From an uncultured delta proteobacterium (GTDB taxonomy: Bacteria; Myxococcota; Myxococcia; Myxococcales; Myxococcaceae), in NCBI GenBank assembly GCA_963771175.1, contig CAVYSY010000039.1:160001-224000 (forward strand): 64,000 nucleotides of DNA. Direction: 5' to 3'. The number at the start of each line of letters is the position of its first letter. The stretch's first letter is position 1. A program made the position numbers and the translations under genes. This document shows positions 32,985 to 42,153 of the stretch, in pieces. The notes under the pieces were generated by a model. That model worked only from the letters and a program-made list of their open reading frames with translations. It was not told the origin of the DNA and searched no databases.

Positions 32985-33875
32985 TCACGCCTCCTCCGGC
33001 CCACCAGCCAGCAGGATTCGCTGGCCGAGCCGGGCGTCCGGGTGCGCGGGCTCCAGCAGCGAGGTGTCGTGCCGCAGCTTCCGGGCGGCCACAAGCCCCC
33101 CGGCCCGCATCACCGAGCGCGGCACGAGCGACGACAGCCGCATCAGCCACCGGTAGGCGAAGCCTGGATATACGAGGGGCGCGGCGCGCTCGAAACCCTC
33201 GAGGGCCTCGCGGGCGCACTGCACCGCGGAAATGCGCAACCACGAGGGAGCCCGCTCGACCAGCTCCTGCGTGCCGGCCACCCCGCAGAACTCGGTATCC
33301 ACCACGGGCCCGGGCGCCACCTGCGTCACCACGACCCCCGTGCTCAGCAGCTCCAGCCGCAGCGCCTCGGTGAAGCCATCGAGGAAATGATTCGTCCCGG
33401 CGTAGACGGCCAGTCCCGGAATGAACACCCGCGGTCCTCCCGAGCTGATGTTGAGGATGCCGCCGCGCTTGTGCTCCACCATGCGCCGCAGCAGCCGGTG
33501 GACGAGCAGCACGGGCGCCGCCACGTTCACCTGGAGCATCTGGTGGATGCGCGACCAGCTCTCCTGCTCGTAGAGGCTGTAGTCCGCCATGCCCGCGTTG
33601 TTCACCAGCACGTCCACCCGGACGAGGTGGCGGTGCAGCGAGTCCAGCAGCGAGTCCACCTCCTCCAGGCGCGAGAGGTCACATCGCTCCACCATCACGC
33701 CCAGCGTGGGATTGCGCGCGTGCAGTTCCTCACTCAACTCCTCCAGGCGCTCGGCCCGGCGCGCCACCAGCACGAGCGTCCGCGCTCTGCGGGCGAGCTG
33801 GCGGGCCATCTCCCGGCCAATCCCCGAGGAGGCCCCCGTGATGAGGACGGTGCCCGAATCGATGGGTGGACGCAT
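32985..33875 (-). CDS. SDR-family oxidoreductase
   Basis: TGASSGIG, LVNNAG, NISS; catalytic motif reads YAGTN instead of YxxxK. Confidence 0.88.
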   Translation of the reverse strand: MRPPIDSGTVLITGASSGIGREMARQLARRARTLVLVARRAERLEELSEELHARNPTLGVMVERCDLSRLEEVDSLLDSLHRHLVRVDVLVNNAGMADYSLYEQESWSRIHQMLQVNVAAPVLLVHRLLRRMVEHKRGGILNISSGGPRVFIPGLAVYAGTNHFLDGFTEALRLELLSTGVVVTQVAPGPVVDTEFCGVAGTQELVERAPSWLRISAVQCAREALEGFERAAPLVYPGFAYRWLMRLSSLVPRSVMRAGGLVAARKLRHDTSLLEPAHPDARLGQRILLAGGPEEA

Positions 33876-34036
33876 GGGCTCCTCCGTGTCCTGACGGAGA
33901 AGAAAAGTAGCCACCCGCCCCTTCCTCCACATGACGCGCCGGGTCGAAAGCCCTCCGAGCGGACGCAAGGCTTGCGCATCCCGTCGTCGTGGGGAAGAGT
34001 TTGCGCGCGAACACCCCACTCCAGGTGAAGCGCCCC

Positions 34037-34052
34037 TGGCACGCTTCTTCCA
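34037..34052 (+). promoter_or_regulatory. Possible sigma54 promoter of the USP gene
   Basis: TGGCAC-GCTTC-TTCCA; -12 element imperfect. Confidence 0.4.
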
Positions 34053-34108
34053 GCGATGAAGGGAAGAACCCGCCCCGTTCCGGGGACCGGGTAACGGAGG
34101 GAGCACCG

Positions 34109-34567
34109 ATGCCCACGCCTTCTCGCATCCTGGTACCCGTGGACCTGATGGAGGGTTCCCGGGCGGTCATTGACTACGCGGTCCAGCTCGCACGGCCGTT
34201 CAACGCCTCCATCGAGGTGATGCACGCCTGGGAGCCGCCACAGTACGTGGCACCGGATCTCCTGGTGGCCGCGCCGGGGTGGAACCCGCAGTCGCTGGAG
34301 AAGACCGCGCTCGAGGCCGCGCGCAAGGAGCTGACGACGCTCATCGGCTCGCTCAACGCGCCCGGCCCCATCACCCAGCGACTGGAGGTGGGCGAGCCGG
34401 CCGCGGCCGTCCTCCGGGTGGCCGAGACGGGCGGGTTCGACATGATCGTCATGGGGACGCACGGTCGCCGGGGCCTGCCGAGGCTGCTGCTGGGCAGCGT
34501 GGCCCAGAAGGTCATCGCCCGGGCGCACTGCCCCGTCCTCACCCTGCACGTGATCGAGGAGAAGTAA
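34109..34567 (+). CDS. Universal stress protein
   Basis: RILVPVD; DMIVMGTHGRRG...LLGSVAQKV...CPVL. Confidence 0.93.
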   Translation: MPTPSRILVPVDLMEGSRAVIDYAVQLARPFNASIEVMHAWEPPQYVAPDLLVAAPGWNPQSLEKTALEAARKELTTLIGSLNAPGPITQRLEVGEPAAAVLRVAETGGFDMIVMGTHGRRGLPRLLLGSVAQKVIARAHCPVLTLHVIEEK

Positions 34568-34573
34568 GCAGAA

Positions 34574-34600
34574 GGCGCGGGGGCCCCCAGCCTCCGCGCC
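34574..34600. terminator. GC-rich hairpin between convergent genes
   Basis: GGCGCGGGGGC...GCCTCCGCGCC stem directly after the USP stop; no U-tract. Confidence 0.4.
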
Positions 34601-34606
34601 CCGCCC

Positions 34607-35697
34607 TCACCGCTCCGGAGTATCGGCCTTCAGCTCGGGGCTCGCGGGAGGAGCGGCCCGGCGGGCCTTCAGCACGGTAGGCAGGCCGAGCACCAGCATG
34701 GCCGCCATCACGCAGACGGCCCCCAGCAGCTCCCGCGAACCCCACGCCCGGCAGGCCGAGCCAGAGCGGAGAGGAGTCCCGTGGCCACCACGCCCGCGAG
34801 CGACGCTCGAGGCGCGGTTCACCGGGACGCAGAAGGTGTTCTCCCGGTGGTCCAGGAGGATGAGCCCGCCGAAGACGCCGGTGCCCTGCGACAGCACGCC
34901 CGACGAGCGAGCTCCTCGAACACCCGCGCCGCGCACGAGCACGTCCGTGAAGCCGTGGCGGATGTCCGAGCAGCACGGGCCCCTCGCCGATGAGCGCCGC
35001 CACGCCACGAGGATCGGCGACGAGCGCCGGGCGTGGCCACCATCTGCTCCTCGACGAAGTAGCGGATGCTGGCGCGCCGGATCGTTCGACTTGGCCAGGT
35101 GGCTCATGAAGCGCAGCCGGACGAAGTAGCGCGACCAGGTAGATCGCCACGTCGAGCGCCGCCGACCAGCGGTGAGCGCAGGGCTCCGCGCCGGGCGCGG
35201 TGGCCACGCACCACGCGCGCGCGAAGCTCAGCCCGAGCGCCACCCACGAGGGCCACGCGCACGCGGCGCCGGCTCAGCACGTCCACCAGCGGCGCGAGGA
35301 TGAGCACGCCGCCGCGCATGAGCAGCATCATGAAGACGATGGACGTGCCGCTGAAGGTGTAGGCCAGCGTGGTGGTGGCGATGATGGCGGCGGTGCACAG
35401 GCCCGACAGGAACGTCCAGCGGCTGGGGCACGGGCAGCGCGCACGCCGAGCACCGTGCGCGGTGCTCGGCGTACTTCCACCAGCCCAGCGCGGTCAGGAA
35501 GCGCGAACATGCCCACGCAGCGAGGCGAGCGTGCGTGCACGGCAGCAGCTCGAAGCCCGGCAGATGCCGCGCGCCATGCCCGGCAGCGCTCCTCGAGAGA
35601 GCGCCTTGGTGAGCGCGCTGTAGGGCGCGTAGCAGGCGAAGTAGCCGAAGGCGTACCCCCAGATGGCCAGCTCGCTTCGGTGGTTCGTCGTGTCCAA
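34607..35697 (-). CDS. Multi-TM membrane protein (many indels; function unclear, possibly DMT/EamA-like)
   Basis: RBS GAGGAGG + TTG; fragments IWGYAFGYFACYAPYSALTKAL, MMLLMRGGVLILAPLVD, ENTFCVPVNRASS in shifting frames. Confidence 0.6.
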
Positions 35698-36003
35698 GGG
35701 GTCCTCCTCTATGCCCAATCCAAAGGGTCTGCAAGAGCGGCGCCCGGCTCCGAGGGGACGGGGCTCGCGGCCATGGAAGGCGCTGCGAACCCCCCGGCCC
35801 CTGACCCTTGGGCAATCAGGAGCTGAAGGCCGCGGGAGACACAGTGCTGGAGCAGGCAGCTGTGGCGGTGTTCTCGCGGCCGGAGGTGGAGCTGGAGCTG
35901 GCCATCGGCACGCGGCTGGCGGGAGGGCTCGCCCGCGAGAAGGCGCAGCAGGAGCTCTTCCAGGAGGGCAAGGCGCGGAAGGGCCGGCCCTGAGCGCTCA
36001 CCG

Positions 36004-36492
36004 TCACGAATGAAACCTCCCCCAATATCTCTCAAGTGCGAGCTTGGGAGATTCACCCTGTGGAAAGTAATGTGACGCTTCGTCCCTCGCATACTCCAGG
36101 AATGCCCTGACAGCACTCTTTTGGGCCGCAGTAAGCCCCTCGAATCTTTCGATCTGCCAATCCCTGAGTTCGCGCTCCTCGGGCGAAGACTCGTCATGCG
36201 GAGTCAGTCCATACACTGTCATGGGCATCCGATTGCCATAATCATCCAGTGCCGCCAACAGATAGGCAGGGAGATAGAACCGAAACCCTCCCGAGCTCAA
36301 GAACGAGCTGCTGTGATATTGGAGTTCCTCGTGGGATAGCTCCGACCAGTGCTTGCCCCTGAAAGCCCGCGCCAACTCGGCGCTCTCCCAATCGTCTGGA
36401 TCGTAAGCAATGCGGTCATCTCCAGGGTAAACCGCTTCCGCGAAGGCGGCCCTGACCTGTTGCCTGACGGCATCGATTCTAGAAGTCGGCAT
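36004..36492 (-). CDS. Putative immunity protein (DUF6714-like)
   Basis: AFAEAVYPGDD...FRGKHW...FLSSGGFRFYLPAYL; directly downstream of the toxin-like ORF; low GC. Confidence 0.65.
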   Translation of the reverse strand: MPTSRIDAVRQQVRAAFAEAVYPGDDRIAYDPDDWESAELARAFRGKHWSELSHEELQYHSSSFLSSGGFRFYLPAYLLAALDDYGNRMPMTVYGLTPHDESSPEERELRDWQIERFEGLTAAQKSAVRAFLEYARDEASHYFPQGESPKLALERYWGRFHS

Positions 36493-36498
36493 GGTGGA

Positions 36499-36918
36499 TT
36501 ACCGGCACTGCTCCGGACACCGCTTTTCAACCATCATTCGCGAGCAATCCGCGGCTCCCCTCCTGTAGTTCTCGACTTCATCGCGGTGGGTTTTATTTCC
36601 ACCCCGGAAACACTTGTCCATGACTGCAACCCGGGCGCCGATACACCGCTGGTACAGCAAGAAGTTGGTCAGCAACTCGGCACAGCCCTGGGATTCGTAA
36701 CACTTCATACTCGTGGCCTTGCACGCCCGACCCACCTCTTCCTTTAGCTTTTTGTGCTCCTCTGAAGAGCAATCGCCCGGTGGCTGCATCGTCGTTGCAG
36801 CGCTCGGCTCTGCCGCATTCAACGATGCAGGCGAAAGCCACAGGATCGCGAGAAGGAGCAGTGCAGAGGGGCCTCTTCCAAAACGCGGCGGGGAATGGAT
36901 GCGCAGCACAGCTTGCAT
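36499..36918 (-). CDS. Secreted Cys-rich Ntox16-like toxin
   Basis: Signal-like LLLLAILWLSPASLNA; PPGDC...L...V..AC...C..AR......CFRGGNKTH pattern; nine Cys in the mature part. Confidence 0.6.
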   Translation of the reverse strand: MQAVLRIHSPPRFGRGPSALLLLAILWLSPASLNAAEPSAATTMQPPGDCSSEEHKKLKEEVGRACKATSMKCYESQGCAELLTNFLLYQRCIGARVAVMDKCFRGGNKTHRDEVENYRRGAADCSRMMVEKRCPEQCR

Positions 36919-36977
36919 GCTAACACGCCAAAGTGCGACCTTCTCCCACACCTGATTCAACTGGGGGCGTCACGCCC

Positions 36978-37004
36978 TGCAATCGCTCCGTCGGCCCTTC
37001 GTAG
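36978..37004 (+). promoter_or_regulatory. Putative ECF promoter, second copy
   Basis: TGCAAT-N16-CGTAG, matching 29636-29662. Confidence 0.65.
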
Positions 37005-37053
37005 GACCGAGCGCACCGCCCCCGCGCGGCCACTCGCCCGGAGTCCTCGAACC

Positions 37054-37572
37054 ATGTCCAAGCCCCTCTTGTCCGCCCTCGTCGCCTTCAGCATGGCCGC
37101 CCTGCCCGTCTCCGCCCGCGCGGGGGATGACGGCAAGAAGGCGGACACGTCCCACTGCACCATCAGCGTCAAGAAGGGGGACCTCGTCTCCAAGGGCAAG
37201 ACCCTGGTCGTCGAGGGCCAGGGCGCGCTCCGGGACGCGCTGGCCATCGACGGGGACGTGGTGGTCCGCGCGGGCGCCACGGTGAACAAGGTGTCGGCCA
37301 TCCGCGGCAAGGTGACGGTGGAGGCCGGGGCTCGGGTGTCCGGGGACGTGTCGGCCCTCGGTGGGGACGTCCACATCCAGAAGGGCGCCACCGTCGTGGG
37401 GAACGTGAACGCCATCGGCGGCAAGGTTCAGGTCGACAAGGGCGCCACCATCGCCGGCGAGAAGAACCAGCTCACCATCAACCTCAACGGAGAGGAGCTC
37501 GTCACCAGGCTCCTCGGCGGGGCCGACATGGGCAAGGACACCCAGTGCGAGCTCCGCGTCATCGAGGAGTGA
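37054..37572 (+). CDS. Secreted bactofilin-like beta-helix repeat protein
   Basis: Signal peptide; repeats of V.A..G.V.V..GA.V.G.V. Confidence 0.8.
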   Translation: MSKPLLSALVAFSMAALPVSARAGDDGKKADTSHCTISVKKGDLVSKGKTLVVEGQGALRDALAIDGDVVVRAGATVNKVSAIRGKVTVEAGARVSGDVSALGGDVHIQKGATVVGNVNAIGGKVQVDKGATIAGEKNQLTINLNGEELVTRLLGGADMGKDTQCELRVIEE

Positions 37573-38338
37573 CTGGCTGCTCCTGAATCACGGGCTCCGT
37601 CGTGCCAGCGCTCGTGTGCGGCACCAGCGAGGCCCGGAGCGCGAGAATCTGCTCACGAGCCATCTGCTTGAGCCGCTCCACGTCCGCGAGCGTCATGCCC
37701 TGGGTGGAGATGGGCGTGCCCACCGTCACCAGCGCGCGCGAGGTGGCGAAGCGCCACGAGTGCTTGGGCAGCGCCCGTCGCGTCCCGCTCACCGCCATGG
37801 GCAGCACGTCCGCCCCGGTCTCGATGGCCAGCCGGAAGGCGCCGTCCTTGAAGGGCAGCAGATCCTCCGTCTTCGAGCGCGTGCCCTCGGGGAAGATCAT
37901 CACCGGCATGCCCTTGTCCAGCCAGCGGGCGCAGATGCCCATGGCCGCCTGGGCCGAGTCCTTCTCGCCCCGGCGCACGGGGATGTCCCCGGCCAGCCAC
38001 ATGCTCCAGCCCACCACGGGAATCTTGAAGAGCGAGGCCTTGCCCAGCCACTTCATCTCCCAGGGCAGGTACGAGATGAGGAACGGGTCCGCGTTGGACT
38101 CGTGGTTGCTCACCACCACGGTGCGACCCGAGGGGCGGGTGGGCGTCCCGTGCACGCCGAACTTCCAGAAGGGGTTGAGTTTGGCCGCGGTCACGCCGAT
38201 GAGCCGGAAGGCACGCCCCGTCACCACCTTGCGCCGATCGAAGGGCCAGGTGACGATCAGTGGAGCCTGAATGCAGAAGCCCGTCAGCGCCACCAGGCCG
38301 GTTTCCAGCCACGCATAGATGGAGAGCAGTGCGTTCAT
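37559..38338 (-). CDS. plsC: 1-acyl-sn-glycerol-3-phosphate (lysophospholipid) acyltransferase
   Basis: NHESNAD, FPEGTRS, PFKDGAF. Confidence 0.9.
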   Translation of the reverse strand: MNALLSIYAWLETGLVALTGFCIQAPLIVTWPFDRRKVVTGRAFRLIGVTAAKLNPFWKFGVHGTPTRPSGRTVVVSNHESNADPFLISYLPWEMKWLGKASLFKIPVVGWSMWLAGDIPVRRGEKDSAQAAMGICARWLDKGMPVMIFPEGTRSKTEDLLPFKDGAFRLAIETGADVLPMAVSGTRRALPKHSWRFATSRALVTVGTPISTQGMTLADVERLKQMAREQILALRASLVPHTSAGTTEPVIQEQPVTPR

Positions 38339-38356
38339 GAGATGCCCTCCGGCGTA

Positions 38357-39148
38357 TCAGCGGCGGGCCTTGGGGTCCAGATCCACGCTCACCGGGCAGT
38401 GATCCGAGCCGAGGACGTGGGGGTGGATGGCGGCGCGCTTCACGTAGGGCATGGCCCCGGGCGAGGCCAGCACGTAGTCGATCCGCCAGCCCACGTTGCG
38501 CTCGCGCACGCCGAAGCGCTGGCTCCACCAGCTGTAGTGGCCCCGTCGCCTTCTCGAAGTGGCGGAAGGTGTCCACCCAGCCGGCGCGGATCCAGCCGGT
38601 CGAACTCCTCGCGCTCCTCGGGGAGGAAGCCGCTCGTCTCCCGGTTGTCCTTGGGGCGCGCCAGGTCGATCTCCTGGTGCGCCGTGTTGAAGTCCCCCAT
38701 CACCAGGATGCGCTCGCCGTCGCGCAGGCCCTTCTCCAGCCGCTCGAAGAGGCGCCGGTAGAAGGCCAGCTTGAAGGGCACCCGGCTGTTGTCCCGCTCC
38801 TTGCCGTTGCCGTTGGGGAAGTAGCAGTTCACCACGGTGAGGAGTCCGAAGCGGGCCACCTGCAGCCGGCCCTCGGAGTCCAGCTCCCCCACCCCCAGCT
38901 TCGTCTCCACGTCATCCGGGGCCTTGCGCGCGAAGAGGCCCACCCCGCTGTAGCCGGCGCGCTCCGCCGCCACGAAGTGGGTGGCGTGCCAGCCCTCGGG
39001 AGAGCGCACCTCCTCGGGGAGCTGCTCCTCGCGGGCCGCGCACCTCCTGCACGCCCACCATGTCGGCCGTCTCGGCCGCCAGCCAGTCCAGGAAGCCCTT
39101 CTTGTGGGCCGCGCGCAGCCCGTTCACGTTCCAGGAGACGATCCGCAC
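38357..39148 (-). CDS. xth: Exodeoxyribonuclease III (several frameshifts)
   Basis: SWNVNGLRA, QEV, GYSGV, YFPNG, MGDFNTAH, GWRIDY, SDHCPV. Confidence 0.88.
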
Positions 39149-39237
39149 GATACCGCTCTCATTGCCTGACCGGCGCGCGCGGGTCCAGCCCCAACGCGCA
39201 TCGGCCAGCCGGCCGATTCACGGCTCGTGCGGGCTGC

Positions 39238-40207
39238 TCAGGGGGGCCGGGCCAGGTACTGCGGGCCCACCCCACAGGCCTGCCGGAAGGCGCGCACGGC
39301 CTCGGCGATCTCCGTGCCCGCCTCCACCAGCCCCGCGTGGCCCGCGTCCTCGACCAGCAGCCAGCTCCGCGTGCGGCAGGGCCTGACGCATCCGCTCCAG
39401 CTCGCGCAGGGGCACGATGAGATCATTCTTCGCGGCGATGAGCTGCGTGGGCACCTCACCTGGGGCAGCACGTCCCACGAGGCGGCGCCTCCAGCAGGCC
39501 GCGCAGCATCTGCCAGTAGGCCCGCGGGTCCATGCGCTGGAGCCCCTGCATGAAGCTCGTCGATGTCCGCGCGGGGGGCCCGGGCCCGCAGCACGCCCGC
39601 AGCGCGCGACCGACCGGGTACGCCAGCCGCGAGCCAGACGAGATCCTGGACGACCGGCGCCAGCCACGGGCACCAGCGGCGTGCAGGCGTGGAAGGCGCT
39701 GGGCCAGGGTGCCGCGCCCCGCGGCACCGGAACGAGCGCACGGCTGCCCGGGTCCGGGGAGGCCGGCGCTGCCGGCGATGAGCGTCATGGCGGGCACCAG
39801 CTCGGGCCGCCGCCGGTACAGCTCCAGCAGCACCCGCACGCCCATGGAGAAGGCCGACGTGGTGCGGGGGCGGCCCGTCACCGCGAGCCATCATCGTCCT
39901 CGGTGACGCGCTCGAGGTCGTCCACGTGGACGCGCAGACGCGTAGTCCCCGCTGGCGCGACACCTCGCTGCCGCCGTGGCCCCGGTAGTCCCAGTGCACC
40001 ACCCGGTGGTCCTGCTCCAGGTCGCGCGACGATGTAGCGCCAGAAGTTCTCCGAGGTGCCGATGCCGTTGGTGAGCAGCACCCCGCGGCCGGCGAGCCCA
40101 GCGACACTCCGCTCGGTCTCCGCGGGCATCGCCCACATGGCGTGTGGTACGCGATGCGGGTGCCATCGGGGGCGAGGACGAAGCGGGTGAGCGCGGCGGT
40201 AGGGCAT
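39238..40207 (-). CDS. Alpha/beta hydrolase (many indels)
   Basis: DGTRIAYH, LLTNGIGT, WDYRGHG, FSMG nucleophile elbow, DAGHAG in shifting frames. Confidence 0.75.
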
Positions 40208-40315
40208 GTCCTGCCAACCATTGGGGCGCCCCCGCGCCGGCGCAAGTCCCGGCGTTGCAGTATTGCGCTGATATCGAGCGAGTTCTCGCCGGACGTGGAC
40301 GTTCGCATCCTGCCC

Positions 40316-41333
40316 ATGACGCCTCACCGCCCACTCCCCAGCCCTCGCGCGCTGGCTCGAGCCCCGCGCGCGGCCCCGGACGCGCCTCCCGCGCTCGTGG
40401 CCGTGGGAACGATGAACTTCGGCGCGCGCACGCCCGCCCCCGAGGCCGCGCGCATCGTGGCCCGTGCGCTGGAGCGCGGGCGTGCCCTTCTTCGACACGG
40501 CCAACTCGTACGGGGACGGAGAGGCCGAGCGCATCCTCGGACAGCGCTGCGCGGCCGGCGGGCGGAGGTGGGCATCGCCACCAAGGTGGGGCTCGCGCGG
40601 GTGCGCGGCAAGCCCGAGGGGCTCTCCGGCGCCCAGGTGGTGCGCGCGGTGGAGGACGAGCCTGAAGCGGCTCGGGCACGGACTACGTGGACGTGCTCTA
40701 CCTGCACGCGCCGGACCCCACCACGCCGGTCGAGGAGACGCTGGAGGCGCGTGCGCGGGCTGCTGCGAGCCGGGCAAGGCGCGACACTGGGGCGTGTCCA
40801 ACTACGCGGCCTGGCAGCTCCTGGAGCTGCGGCGCGCTGTGCGACGCGCGCGGCCTGCCGCCGCCCGGCGCTCTCGCAGGTGCTCTACAACCTGCTCGTG
40901 CGCCAGCTGGAGGTGGAGTACCTGCCCTTCACGCGCCGCCACCCGCTCCACACCACCGTCTACAACCCGCTCGCCGGAGGGCTGCTCTCCGGGCGCTACA
41001 CGCCCGGAGCCGCCATTCCCGTCGGGCTCGCGCTTCGACGGGAACCGCTTCTACCAGCGCCGCTACTGGTCCGAGCGCGCTCCTCGAGCTGGCCGAGCGC
41101 CTGCGCGCCGTGGCCGCAGGACAGCGGGCCTCGACGCTGCTGGAGCTGGCGTACGCGTGGCTCGCGGGGCGGCCGGGCGTGGACTCGGTCCTGGTGGGGC
41201 CCGGCGGACGGTGGAGCACCTGGACGCGGCGCTGGACGCCGTGCGGCCCGCGGCTGCCGCCGGAGGTGCTCGGCGCAAGTCGACGAGCGTGCACCGCGAC
41301 TTCCTGGGCACGGACGCCAGCTACGCGAGGTGA
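40316..41333 (+). CDS. Aldo/keto reductase (many indels)
   Basis: GTMNFG, FDTANSYG, IATKVG, DVLYLHAPD, GVSNY, YNPLAGGLL. Confidence 0.82.
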
Positions 41334-42138
41334 GCATGCTGCGCGTGGACGCCGGAGACGCTTCGACATCGACCGGGCCGCTCGCGCACTACGCCGAGCA
41401 CGGCTACGCGCGCCTGGGCACGCGTGCTGGACGACGAGGGCCTGGCGTCGCTGCGCGAGCGCGCGGACGACCTGATGCTCGGCCGGGTGAGCTACCCGGG
41501 CTTCTTCTTCCAGATGGACGCGACCACCGGGCCGCTACGAGGACGCGCCGCTGGGGCTCGGCTGGCAGGGCCCGTCGCTCGACTACCGCAAGCTGGAGAA
41601 GCTGGAGAAGGACCCGCGCTTCCTCGCGTGGCTGGAGAACCCGCTCTTCGAGCGCATCGTCCGGGCGCGCATCCCCGGGGACATCGTGCTCTACCGCGCC
41701 ATCCTCTTCCACAAGGGCGAGCGGGCGGCAGCAACCTGCCCTGGCACCAGGACGGCGGGCAAGCTGTGGGGCCTGACCGCAGGAGCCGGAGCTGCAGCTC
41801 TGGACGGCGCTGGACGACGCGCCGCGAGGACGGCGGCTGCCTGGAGGTGGTGCCGGGGAGCCACCGCGCGGGGCTGGTGACGCCGCTCGGCGGGCGTCGT
41901 GCCGCCGGACCGGGTGGCGGCGCGCGGGCGCGGACGCGCGCGCGGTGCCGCTGCCGGTGCAGGCCGGCGAGGTGCTGCTCGTCCACAACCACGTGTGGCA
42001 CCGCTCGGGCGCGCGAGCCGCACGGGCCAGCGCCGGCGCGGCTTCTCGGCCTGCTACATGAGCGCGGACACGCGGTGCGTGCGCAAGAAGAAGGCGCCGC
42101 GCGTCTTCTTCCCGCTCTTCCGTCACGGCGCCCGCTGA
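41330..42138 (+). CDS. Phytanoyl-CoA dioxygenase-family protein (many indels)
   Basis: LPWHQDGG (HxD), GCLEVVPGSH, AGEVLLVHNHVWHRSG. Confidence 0.78.
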
Positions 42139-42153
42139 GGCGTCGCGGACGCC

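Noticed and set aside
35808..35993. Short ORF ending ...GKARKGRP
   Set aside because: No credible start or family; at most a 3' gene remnant at the cassette border
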